From NCBI GenBank assembly GCA_002104905.1, contig MCFE01000248.1:50842-114841 (forward strand): a stretch of 64,000 bases of DNA, read 5' to 3'. Position numbers and translations under genes: made by a program. Numbering within the stretch: position 1 is the stretch's first letter; each line of letters begins with the position of its first letter. This DNA comes from Basidiobolus meristosporus CBS 931.73 (lineage: Eukaryota; Fungi; Basidiobolomycota). A model generated the notes under the pieces. That model saw only the letters and a program-made list of their open reading frames with translations. It made no database searches and was not told the origin of the DNA. Shown in pieces: positions 54,501-64,000 of the stretch.

Positions 54501-57305
54501 GACCAGATGTACTGGCTACTCAGCACGATGTTTCTCCATGCCTCCGCAATGTCGCCGTTCCCGGGTTCTGAGGGATCGCTGAGCTTTAAAGAGATGATCC
54601 TCAAAGTTCACTTGTAACCACGGCGAACGGGATGGTAGTCAAATACTTGGCGTCAAACCCAGGTTCAACGCAGCTGATTCGGTAGTTGACTTCTACTGTT
54701 TTATAATTAATCTTTGAGCTGAAGCTTGTTAAGATTTTATCTTGATGGCAATCAGCTGATGAAGCTTTCCGCGACTATCTACTGCTTCAAAGCTGGAACC
54801 AGCTTGGAATTCTAAATCAAGGCTTTTGTGACTGTTGGCATTAGCAGTATTCAAATTGTCACGTTATCTAGTGACGCAGCAATGCGGACCATTATAAATT
54901 ATGATAACGAACTTTTCAATATTCACAGTTGCACAGCGAAGAGCATGGAATTGGAGCAGCAATGGCGTAACGGAGAGACGCAAGATCTAGGATCCATGTG
55001 TTATAGCAATTGCAGGCATATTGCAGCTCGATTGACTTGAAATATGCCTATGAAGTATTATGATATTGTTTCGATATTGACGGTTTTTGTTATCTCAAAT
55101 ACGTAGATTAATCCTCAGTGCACAAAATTCCGTAACCCTTGCGCCAGTATTCATGCATCAACACCTTTGGATTCTTCTCTAGTATGCCCTAACACCACTC
55201 ACTCAGTGAATAAACTAATCATTCTACAGCAAGAATGATTCACAGAAGCATAATATTGATGACAATCTTTGATCCGGAATATTTGGGACTTTATTGGGAA
55301 GAACCTAGAATTGGCGTACATAGATTATTATTATACCAAGGATATTGTCGGTATTATATTATACTGATCTGTCCCTCCTGATGTGATATAGTAATGAGTA
55401 TAACTCCTGTGCAAAATACTTGCATTTCAAGTTAGGCTGGCAGGATACTATCACACATATACTTGGCAATCCTCAATATAGGTAGCATTAGCTTTCAGCT
55501 AGAATATTTATCATATCTTATCAATGAGCTTCTGATCAAAGTGTGTAAGGTTTATAGAGGAACTTCCATATTCTTAAACAATCTCACCTGCTGGAAGTTG
55601 CATGTTGCACTCTTGATAATCAGGGTTATTGTATGCTTGATCTTGATCCCTAGTTCTATGGGCTCTAGTGTTCTTCAGCCTCCACCCCCTTTCTGCAGCT
55701 CCAGTTAGGACTCTTCTTGCTCATAGTGGAGCTACTTAGGAATATTTGGATTTAAATGATGTCCGTGAGAACACTGTCTAAATACAAAGGCATGTAACAC
55801 GCAAAACCATTGGCTGAAATCATCACTTATAGATACAAGAGTCCCCATACAGCTTTGCGGTACATGAAGAGGAGGAGTAAAGAGACCTTAGAGTGGTGGT
55901 TATAAATAACTTGAGTACCATAATTCTTGACCATCAAGCAGGACTTGCCTCTACATTCTCAACCTCATTTGGGTAGTGTCCTGTATCTGTAGCTCAAGCT
56001 TCTAACTGCTTAGGTGGGGACTTGTGTAGTGAATCCCTGCTGAGTTAGATCCATGTTTTCAGAGCCTTTCTGTCACCTTGGCATCCTTAAGTAATTACAA
56101 AATGATGTCTATAAAAGACTTAAGCAATATGTTAGGCTGGTAACCAAGCAAAAAGTGCACCGGAGCGGTGTCAAGTTGTTAAGACTAGGTAGATAGGTAT
56201 TGGTAGCCCCCCACATGTGGTACCAAAGTAACTAATCAGCATCTACTCGTACTTCCCTTTACGGCTAGCACACTACATTGCATTTTAGTGAGTACTGCAA
56301 ATAAAAAGGATTTCCCTCAATAATCATCCTTTTGAATATCTGAGCTGGCATTTGACTCATCACCTCCAGCAAAAACGGCAATCTCGCCAGCGACACCGTG
56401 CCTTTGGAAATGACCGAATATGCAAATAATAGCTTGTTATATGTAAAGGAACACGCCCTTTTATTACCACTCTTGGAATTGGAACTGAAATTATTCAGTC
56501 CATAGTCAGAATGGGCTTCATGATAATCTTGATAGAAAAGATGTGTCCGAGATTCCTGTATTTATATATCAGGCATACAGTGTCAGGAATATGTCCTAAA
56601 CCCCAGGTTGATTTGGTGCTGTAACAGGCAATGCAATGAGGCAAATATCCATTAGCACCTACCCACTGTAATACCGGCCTCACGTAACTGTGTCTGGTAT
56701 TATTCTAGTGAGCTGAAGATACGCAGTTAGGTATCATATTCAGCCTGAACAGTAGTGGGTTCCATGCAGTGTTTAGCGTAATAGCAACACCAAACCAAAA
56801 ATGTATGTGCATTGTGGTGAAGGCAGGAATTTAGTACATAATACTAGTAATAATAAATACAATCTCCATCTTGGTTCATGACATCCTGCTCGGGTGTGAT
56901 CAATTGGTGAGAAGAGTGGGCTTCTCCTTGCTAATGAAGTGTTTGGTTGAATGCAGAAAGGGCTAGGATTGCAGTAGCATTCCAGCTACTTACCGCGCAT
57001 CATCTTTATTCACGAAACGCAGGCTCTAATGCTCCCGAGAACAAGTAATATGGTCATCTCATCATGCATCCTGCACTTCACAATACCTTAACGATATACA
57101 GACGGTAGCAAATCAATATCACTACCTTCCCTCTTGCAGAGGTCCCAACCAATATTATAATCTGTCAAACCCTCAGTGAATTCCAATTTACTCAAACAAC
57201 TATTTACCCGCGAGGAGGTCTAGCACCCACTGCCAATCTGAAAATAGAGTATATGATCATAGGAATGGTCTGGTTTATTATACCTTTACAAGACAGTGCT
57301 AATTT

Positions 57306-58001
57306 TCATACAAATACCAAGTCTTCTGGTTCAGCAACAATTACTGCAAAGTAATCCCAGAGAGATGCTAAACTGGCCTGGTGAACTTCTTCTGCAGAGA
57401 TTTCATGGCCTAGACCGTCCTTTAAAGCTCTAGCTCCGCAAGCATTTCCAACAACAACCACCTAGAAGTTTCCAAGATTATATTATATCAGTAAAGAGGC
57501 AATAAAACTCACTATCAGAGCAAGCTACTATGCACCAACCTGATAGCCCTTTTCTGCACCGTCTCGCGCTGCTGAGTTGACGCACATATGTGTGCCGTAT
57601 CCGACAAGTATTAAATTTTGGATTCCTTTCTTTTGTAGGGTTTCTTCCAACTGAGTATCCTTCCATGCACTGACATGATGTTTGACAATCACGGCTTCGT
57701 CGTTTTGGGGAGCAACTTGCTCTATAATTTGACTTCCCCATTTTTGACTATTAAATATGGGAGCAGATTCCCCTGGCAAATGGTGGACAACATGTATTAC
57801 GGGTAGATGAATAGAGCGGGCTTTTTGAACAAGGCGCTGAATTCGGGGAAATGAATGGGATTCAAGCTGATGTATGGGGACTTGCCCGTTGGATAGATAT
57901 TCGTTTTGAACATCAATCAAGATTAGCGCCGTCTTTGAAATCTCCAGTGGAGAAGGCTTGGTACTAGCACCGGCAATTTCACGGAGGGCAAGAGGATTCA
58001 T
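57306..58001 (-). CDS. Isochorismatase-family cysteine hydrolase, 2 exons (58001-57540, 57461-57306)
   Basis: LILIDVQNEY (Asp), IVKHHVSAW (Lys), GTHMCV (Cys); GT-AG intron restores GYQVVVVGNAC. Confidence 0.9.
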
Positions 58002-59017
58002 CGTAATTGAATAAGATTTCCAACGAGGTTGATATATTTATAGGAAGGTCAGACCAATCAATTATATTTGTTATAGAATGCTAATGCTTATATAAATTCG
58101 GCATTAACCATGTGACCAGCCATCCACACTTTCAATTTGCCATTTCCTCCTGAACCGATAAAGCATACCTGATGGTTGGTGCGCCAAGATCAAGCCTTTA
58201 CTATATTGGGAATATCTGTAGAAGATAATTATAGTAAACCTTCACTCGAAGAGAAACTCTTGGAATTTCTAAATATTGAGCGATTAGTAAGCATGAACCG
58301 TCCCTAGTAAACTCAACATTGCGGAAATGACACGTCACTAATAGCTTCAATCGATGCCCTTGAGTTTGACATGAAAATATTCGATCGGCCATCAAACAAA
58401 TATGGTAGAGTAGGGTTATTTCTTAGCTCTTGACAAAGTAAAACGCAAGCAAAGTTAAGCAAACAAAACGCTCATCCTGACCTGCGCACGCACCCTTCTT
58501 ACCACACACCAAGATCCAGTCTAAACCACATTTGTATGATCTGTCTAAAGGGCCATACGCATTGAACCTCCAATAACCCACGCCAGAAACGACTTCAAAC
58601 TAATCATGTTATGTTAACATTGTTTACAAAAGAGACCCTGGCTCAGACCATCGCTAGTCTTTTTGAACTGCCTTGCAATCTGTAGGGAATATCTTTAGAG
58701 CATTGGGATCAATCCCAGTCTTTTTCTGGTTAGCAGGGGCAACAGTCTACACTAGATGAACTCTTCCTTCCAAATGAAGCAAAGATAGGAGTATAAGCCA
58801 TTGGTGATTAACACATCATTAGAAGGGAAAGATGGGAGTGAAAGTAGCAAGCATGACCTAAGAAATGAATGGTGTCTTGCAAGCAATTAGTAGCTGCATA
58901 TATACTTAAAAATTGAAAAATTATTCAACTCACAGATGATTGATTAGTACCAAAATCTTACAGGAGTGAGAAATTCTGAGACCAAGTGATATGTGGTTAA
59001 CTTTTTACTGGTGAATA

Positions 59018-59078
59018 TGTTGTAAGAGTTTTGGAGCTATTGGAAGTCATTGGGAAAGCAAGTAGACTATGGGATTTT
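59018..59078 (-). repeat. 61-bp copia LTR 3'-end fragment, inverted relative to the adjacent LTR
   Basis: tgttgtaagagttttggag...tatgggatttt is the reverse complement of the LTR 3' end. Confidence 0.75.
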
Positions 59079-60327
59079 TGTTGTAAAAAATTTGAAATTC
59101 CACCTAAATATTCACCTAACTTGGTCACTTAGATCATTACCCTCAAATCCTAGAGAATACTGACCAAATTCCTTGTTGGGATTTACTTTGAATATTTACC
59201 CAGAACATGAAAATTAGATTAGTTGTCCAAACAGCCTCAAACTTTGCACACATGTTCTTAGGACCTTAATTAACCTATTCTATGTGTTAGTAATGCCAAG
59301 ACCAGGTAAAAGTATAAATACTACTTTTACATTCAATAAATCATTGAGTGGAAACCACATTATCTACTTGTCCTCTCAATCACATCCAATATTTCCAAGA
59401 CTCTTACAACAGGTTATGAGCCCCAAGCTGTTACTCTCTGTAATGTCTACTACTGCTATTACTGGAATTTTTCCCTGTGCTGAAAAGTTGGATGGATCAA
59501 ACTACCAAGTGTGGAAGGTGAAGATGAAGATGCTGCTACAAGAAAGAGGCCTTTGGGATATTGTCATGGGAGAAGAGTGCCTCCTAAAAATGTGGGAGTG
59601 GAAGCTTTAGAGTACCAGAAGAAAGAACAAAGTGCCTTTAACAGCACTTGCCTTAATGTTAAAGACAAATTGCTAATTCAATGCTCAAGAGCAAAAACAG
59701 CAAACAATGTCTGGAAGGCATTAGAAGACACCTACCAGTCATGTTCAGCTGCTAAGAAAACGTATCTGAGACAAAAATTCTTTACTACAATGATGCAGCC
59801 AGGAGAAGAAATGAAAAATCTAATCAACAGAATTACCCTGCTGGTACATGAGATGGAATCTGTGGGTGTACCAACTATTGATGAGGATTTGATTATAGCC
59901 ATCCTGAATATCCTTACACACAAGTTTCAGGGCCCTGTATCAGCCCTATTGTCAAGAACTGAAGATTTGACCTTATATTATGTATATGGAAGGCTCCTGG
60001 ATGAAGAATAAAGAAAATTAAGCACCAATAAGAAGGAAGAAGAAAATGCTTTAATAAGCAATGATAACCAACAAAGGAGGGACCCAAGCCCTAACAAAGG
60101 CAATTGCAACCTGTTTTGCAACTACAACAAAAGGAAAGCACACACATCAGATTGGTGTCTCAAAAAGAGAGATAATCAGCAAAAGAAACCTGAATATGGA
60201 TATACTGCAACAACTGAAGATAGACTATTCATATCTGCACTAAATATGACCACAAACAAGGATTCTTAGATGTGGTATATTGACTCTGGAGCATCTCAAC
60301 AATTTACACACCAAAAAGAACTTTTTA
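59079..60327 (+). mobile_element. 3'-truncated copia copy (5' LTR 59079-59411, PBS 59412-59423, disrupted gag to start of protease)
   Basis: Same family as 4732-9362; homology stops abruptly after ...ccaaaaagaacttttta, where telomere-like tttaaggttaggg begins. Confidence 0.92.
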
Positions 60328-60582
60328 TTTAAGGTTAGGGGGGAGTCAGTCACCAACAGGTGAAATCTTCATTTCAGTTAAAACAAAGAAGCCAGTGCTA
60401 CTGTTGTAGCTTTGATACAAGAATGTGTAGCTGAGGGGAGTTTGTAGGTAAGTTAATAAGAAGTGATGATAGTTCTTCAGTGCTCAAGACACTGTTCAGT
60501 GGGAAGGGGGGTAGCAAGAGAGGTAAGAATGACTTGTGAACAACATTAATAAGGGGAATGTGATAAGGATTGATATTCATCA
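60328..60582 (-). mobile_element. Subtelomeric unit C: shared 3' module plus C-terminal ORF fragment unlike A/B
   Basis: Begins (+ strand) ggttagggggg..TCACC-aaca-GGTGA-aa-TCTTCATTTC..AAAACAAAGAAGCCA; minus-strand ORF fragment stops at 60398. Confidence 0.6.
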
Positions 60583-60935
60583 TAAGGGTTAGGGGAGGGA
60601 AAGTCACCAAGGTAGGAGAAATCTTTATTTGATTTCAGACAAGTCTATCTACAAATAAAGAAGCCAGCTGGGAATAGAAGATTCCCAAAGTAAACACTGA
60701 GTTGAATATGAATAAATCTAAGCTAAAGTTAAGGCAGTATCCCAGAGTACACTTGAGTTCAGGTTCATGGGGGAATGAAGTAGATAAGCTTGAGAGATAT
60801 AATAATCTCTGAGGAAGTGGGTAACAGCAGGTGAAGGGGAGTTTTTGATAAGTGAAGTGAATCTTGAGAGCAGAGATTCCTCTAATGATAAGGTCTTGTA
60901 AGCTGGAGAATCAGGAAACTCTTTAAAGGCATGGT
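60583..60935 (-). mobile_element. Subtelomeric unit A1 (5'-truncated)
   Basis: Near-identical to about 63120-63470; encodes the A-type C-terminus HAFKEFPDSP...WDTALTLA. Confidence 0.8.
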
Positions 60936-61388
60936 TAGGGGGGATGATAATCACCACAGGGTGAAATCTTTATTTAAACGTAAATAAAGAAGCCAAATTT
61001 GAATATGAATATTTGAGATGCAGTAAGCCTACAAGATAAACTTGGACTTTGCTGTATCCCAAATATCCTCAATACTGAAGTCTAGAGGAGAATGTAGCAA
61101 AACTGCCTGTTCACTGTAGTATTTCTTGAGGAAGTTTGTGACTTGAAGGGAAGGAGAGTTTTTCAGCAAGCTGGTAAACCTTTTGAGGAGTTCTTTTTCC
61201 AGAGAGAATGGTGCAAAGAGTGGAATGTCTAAATGATATCTGAATATAGGCTCTGAGAGCTCCCAATCCAGCATATTTTTGACTTCTTCTGTAAAATCAT
61301 GAACAATATCTTTGTCAAGAATAACTTCCAAGAGATCCCTGGCAATGTACTGAATGTTAATAATCTTAGGCATATGAATACCTAGGTC
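60933..61388 (-). mobile_element. Subtelomeric unit B1 (5'-truncated)
   Basis: Near-identical to 61389-61844; encodes the B-type C-terminus ending WDTAKSKFIL. Confidence 0.8.
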
Positions 61389-63092
61389 TTAGGGGGGGAT
61401 GATAATCACCACAGGGCAAAATCTTTATATAAATCATAAATAAAGAAGCCAATTTTGAATATGAATATTTGAGATGCAGTAAGCCTACAAGATAAACTTG
61501 GACTTTGCTGTATCCCAAATATCCTCAATACTGAAGTCTAGAGGAGAATGTAGCAAAACTGCCTGTTCACTGTAGTATTTCTTGAGGAAGTTTGTGACTT
61601 GAAGGGAAGGAGAGTTTTTCAGCAAGCTGGTAAACCTTTTGAGGAGTTCTTTTTCCAGAGAGAATGGTGCAAAGAGTGGAATGTCTAAATGATGTATGAA
61701 TATATGCTCTGAGAGCTCCCAATCCAGCAGATTCTTGACTTCTTCTGTAAAATCTTTAACAATATCTTTGTCAAGAATAACTTCCAAGAGATCCCTGGCA
61801 ATGTACTGAATGTTAATAATCTTAGGCATATGAATACCTAGGTCCTTGAGGTAGTTTCTTTGTTCTGAAATTGGGAGATAGCCAGCATTTCTGAAATAGC
61901 AAACAGCCCAGTTGGCAGTGGGAGGAGTATCAGGGCTGACAGGGAATCTTCTTCTGGCTTTAGGGTGCACTGGCTTAGGTGACTGTCTTGTTGAAAGGGC
62001 AGCTGGCTTTGGATAAGCTTGAAGTGCTTGAGAGTATGTCTGAGTATGAATGGCAGGAGTTGCTGGTTGCTGACAGTGTTCAGATTGACTGGAAGAAGAG
62101 CTGGTTGAGGGGTTGCAAGGTAAGGAAGAAGCTGAAAGAGAAGTAGAGAGTGCAGGGTGAAGTTCAGAGAGAGTTTTGAAAAGAACCTGGATCTGAGATT
62201 TCAACATAGAGTTTTCAGCTTCAAGAAGTGAAACTCTTTGTTCAAGGTAAGAAGTCTGTAAAGAGTGAAAGTTGGGTAAAGACATGGAAAAGTAGATAAT
62301 AAGAAGAAAGGAGTAGTTGGGGTGGGAGGGTGGGAAAATAGTTAAGAAGAAAAGAGAGGGTGTGTTGTATCCAAGAGAAAGTGTAATAAAACTCTTGAAT
62401 GGTTTAACTGAACCAAAGGGACAATCAAGTGCAGAATCTTAGAATTGTCAGAGAGTGGCGGAAATATTAGCAGAAAGATTCTGATCTAATGCTGGTCTTT
62501 GATATAGCTGGGTTAGCTATAAAGACAATGATATTTGTTTGCTAGGCAGGCTAGGCTTGGTGTTCTTTGGAGTGCTAGATATACTAGGCTTGGATAGAAA
62601 CTAGAACGGTATTGTTAGATTCTTATTTTTGCTGAGACAGAATCTTAATTTTGTTGAGACACACACTAAACCAAAAGGTTCAGTAAACTTTATTTATACT
62701 TTTCTGATCAAGTTGAATTAGTAAGCGCCAAGGGACTGGATTGATTGAAATCAATTTGGGTGTTCATAGGTGCATAAGATAAATGAAAATTACATCATCA
62801 ATCAACTGATGTCTTGGGAACTGCACAGTGGTTAGATAGATCTCAGATGACCAATCACCTGGGAAGGCTTGGCAGATAGGTTGATAACGTAATGACCATT
62901 TGAAATAGATCAGGTGTGATAGCTAAAAATAGATTCTGAGGTGGGATAAAATAAACTGTAACTGGGATTTGTTATGTTTGGGTTAGGGAAAATCAGTTAG
63001 GGTACTAGATTTTCAAACGGAGTAAAATTGGCTAAGTTTTAAATGTTGATGCACAACATCACTTCCTTCAGCAAGAGGAGTTTTTTGATACC
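61389..63092 (-). mobile_element. Subtelomeric unit B2 (longest; complete ORF plus about 800 bp upstream)
   Basis: Same 3' module; bounded distally by an interstitial TTAGGG tract. Confidence 0.8.
61485..62285 (-). CDS. Unannotated 266-aa ORF1/Gag-like protein (coiled coil, low-complexity linker, conserved alpha/beta domain)
   Basis: Intact ATG-to-stop ORF; heptad LEQRVSLLEAENSMLKSQIQVL, TYSQAL motif, basic PKARRRF; about 50% identical to the A-type ORF over about 135 ungapped residues. Confidence 0.75.
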   Translation of the reverse strand: MSLPNFHSLQTSYLEQRVSLLEAENSMLKSQIQVLFKTLSELHPALSTSLSASSLPCNPSTSSSSSQSEHCQQPATPAIHTQTYSQALQAYPKPAALSTRQSPKPVHPKARRRFPVSPDTPPTANWAVCYFRNAGYLPISEQRNYLKDLGIHMPKIINIQYIARDLLEVILDKDIVKDFTEEVKNLLDWELSEHIFIHHLDIPLFAPFSLEKELLKRFTSLLKNSPSLQVTNFLKKYYSEQAVLLHSPLDFSIEDIWDTAKSKFIL

Positions 63093-63129
63093 TTAGGGTT
63101 TAGGGCTAGGGTTAGGGTTAGGGTTAGGG
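63093..63129 (+). repeat. Interstitial telomeric tract, 6 repeats (two variants: TTTAGGG, CTAGGG)
   Basis: ttagggtttagggctagggttagggttagggttaggg, read directly. Confidence 0.95.
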
Positions 63130-63755
63130 GAGGGAAAGTCACCAAGGTAGGTGAAATCTTTATTTGATTGCAGACAAGTCTAACTACAAATAAAGAAGCC
63201 AGCTGGGAATAGAAGATTCCCAAAGTAAACACTAAGTTGAATATGAATAAATCTAAGCTAAAGTTAAGGCAGTATCCCAGAGTACACTGGAGTTCAGGTT
63301 CATGGGGGAGTGAAGTAGATAAGCTTGAGAGATATAATAATCTTTGAGGAAGTGGGTAACAGCAGGTGAAGGGGAGTTTTTGATAAGTGAAGTGAATCTT
63401 GAGAGCAGAGATTCCTCTAATGAGAAGGTCTTGTAAACTGGAGAATCAGGAAACTCTTTGAAGGCATGGTCAGTAGGTTCCCAGTAAAACTGGTCAGAGA
63501 CATTTTGAGAGAACTCTTTAGCAATACTTTTGTCAAGTACTATCTCCAGAGTGTGATTGTTGATAAATCTCATGTTAACAATCTTGGATAAATTGTAACC
63601 TTGTTGCTTGAGATACATCCTATGCTCAGATATAGGAATGAACTCCACATTGGCAAAGTAGCAGACAGCCCAGTCAGTAGCAGGAGGCAAATCAGAAGTA
63701 GCAGGAAACTTTCTTTTAGTCTTGGGAGGAGCAGCAGGATGTCTTGAGGAAGCAG
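63124..63755 (-). mobile_element. Subtelomeric unit A2, 5'-truncated within its ORF and capped by the telomere
   Basis: Same 3' module; reading frame is open from the telomere junction to the stop at 63253 (...PPKTKRKFPATSDLPPATDWAVCYF...WDTALTLA). Confidence 0.82.
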
Positions 63756-64000
63756 TTAGGGTTAGGGTTAGGGTTAGGGTTAGGGTTAGGTTAGGGTTAG
63801 GGTTAGGGTTAGGGTTAGGGTTAGGGTTAGGGTTAGGGTTAGGGTTAGGGTTAGGGTTAGGGTTAGGGTTAGGGTTAGGGTTAGGGTTAGGGTTAGGGTT
63901 AGGGTTAGGGTTAGGGTTAGGGTTAGGGTTAGGGTTAGGGTTAGGGTTAGGGTTAGGGTTAGGGTTAGGGTTAGGGTTAGGGTTAGGGTTAGGGTTAGGG
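63756..64000 (+). repeat. Telomere (TTAGGG)n, about 41 units with one TTAGG variant at 63786-63790
   Basis: G-rich strand runs 5'->3' to the window end. Confidence 0.99.

Noticed and set aside
54275-54604. 109-aa minus-strand ORF with protein-like composition
   Set aside because: Flanked by stops, no ATG context, no family recognised
55200-56100. Possible degenerate LINE RT C-terminus on the minus strand (GKSCLMVKNYG...; KGGGG)
   Set aside because: Only vague motif echoes across multiple stops and frames; no QG/YADD core found
57306-57461. EISAEEVHQA initially looked like a LINE linker
   Set aside because: It is in-frame exon 2 of the isochorismatase gene
60933-60994. Possible hammerhead ribozyme (as found in Penelope-like elements) in the 3' module: stem, GAAA, stem
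   Set aside because: No CUGAnGA core before the first stem and no UH cleavage site after the second, on either strand
62286-63092. Possible RT ORF or fragment upstream of the B ORF
   Set aside because: No long ORF in the track and no RT motif seen
63786-63790. Single TTAGG variant in the telomere
   Set aside because: One-base deletion, as likely a telomerase slip or sequencing error; not informative alone

Overview
Right-hand end of a fungal chromosome. Intron-rich genes, (TTAGGG)n and the gene content suggest an early-diverging lineage; the taxon is an inference. 1-10.7 kb is a nest of one Ty1/copia family: a full-length but inactivated element (4732-9362, 5-bp TSD GATAC) sits inside an older opposite-strand copy, with further LTR, gag and RT fragments around them. 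12-58 kb holds a PPR protein, STEEP1/CXorf56, an SRPK kinase, a DIC1 carrier, a cytochrome b561, DDAH, an HSL-type hydrolase, an INTS10-like gene, GCN2, a PPZ phosphatase, a GDSL lipase with a catalytic His->Asn change, an FlbC-like C2H2 factor and an isochorismatase-family gene. A truncated copia copy (59079-60327) is followed by the main finding: a head-to-tail array of five units of variable length (60328-63755), all reading telomere-to-centromere. Each unit is 5'-truncated or bounded at a variable point and has a conserved 3' module of two hairpins plus a CCCUAA-type tail joined to TTAGGG-like sequence. Four units encode an unannotated ORF1/Gag-like protein in two subfamilies. No reverse transcriptase is present in the array. 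The window ends in about 41 TTAGGG repeats. This looks like a telomere-targeted, non-autonomous retroelement system coexisting with telomerase repeats. All alignments and counts were made by eye.
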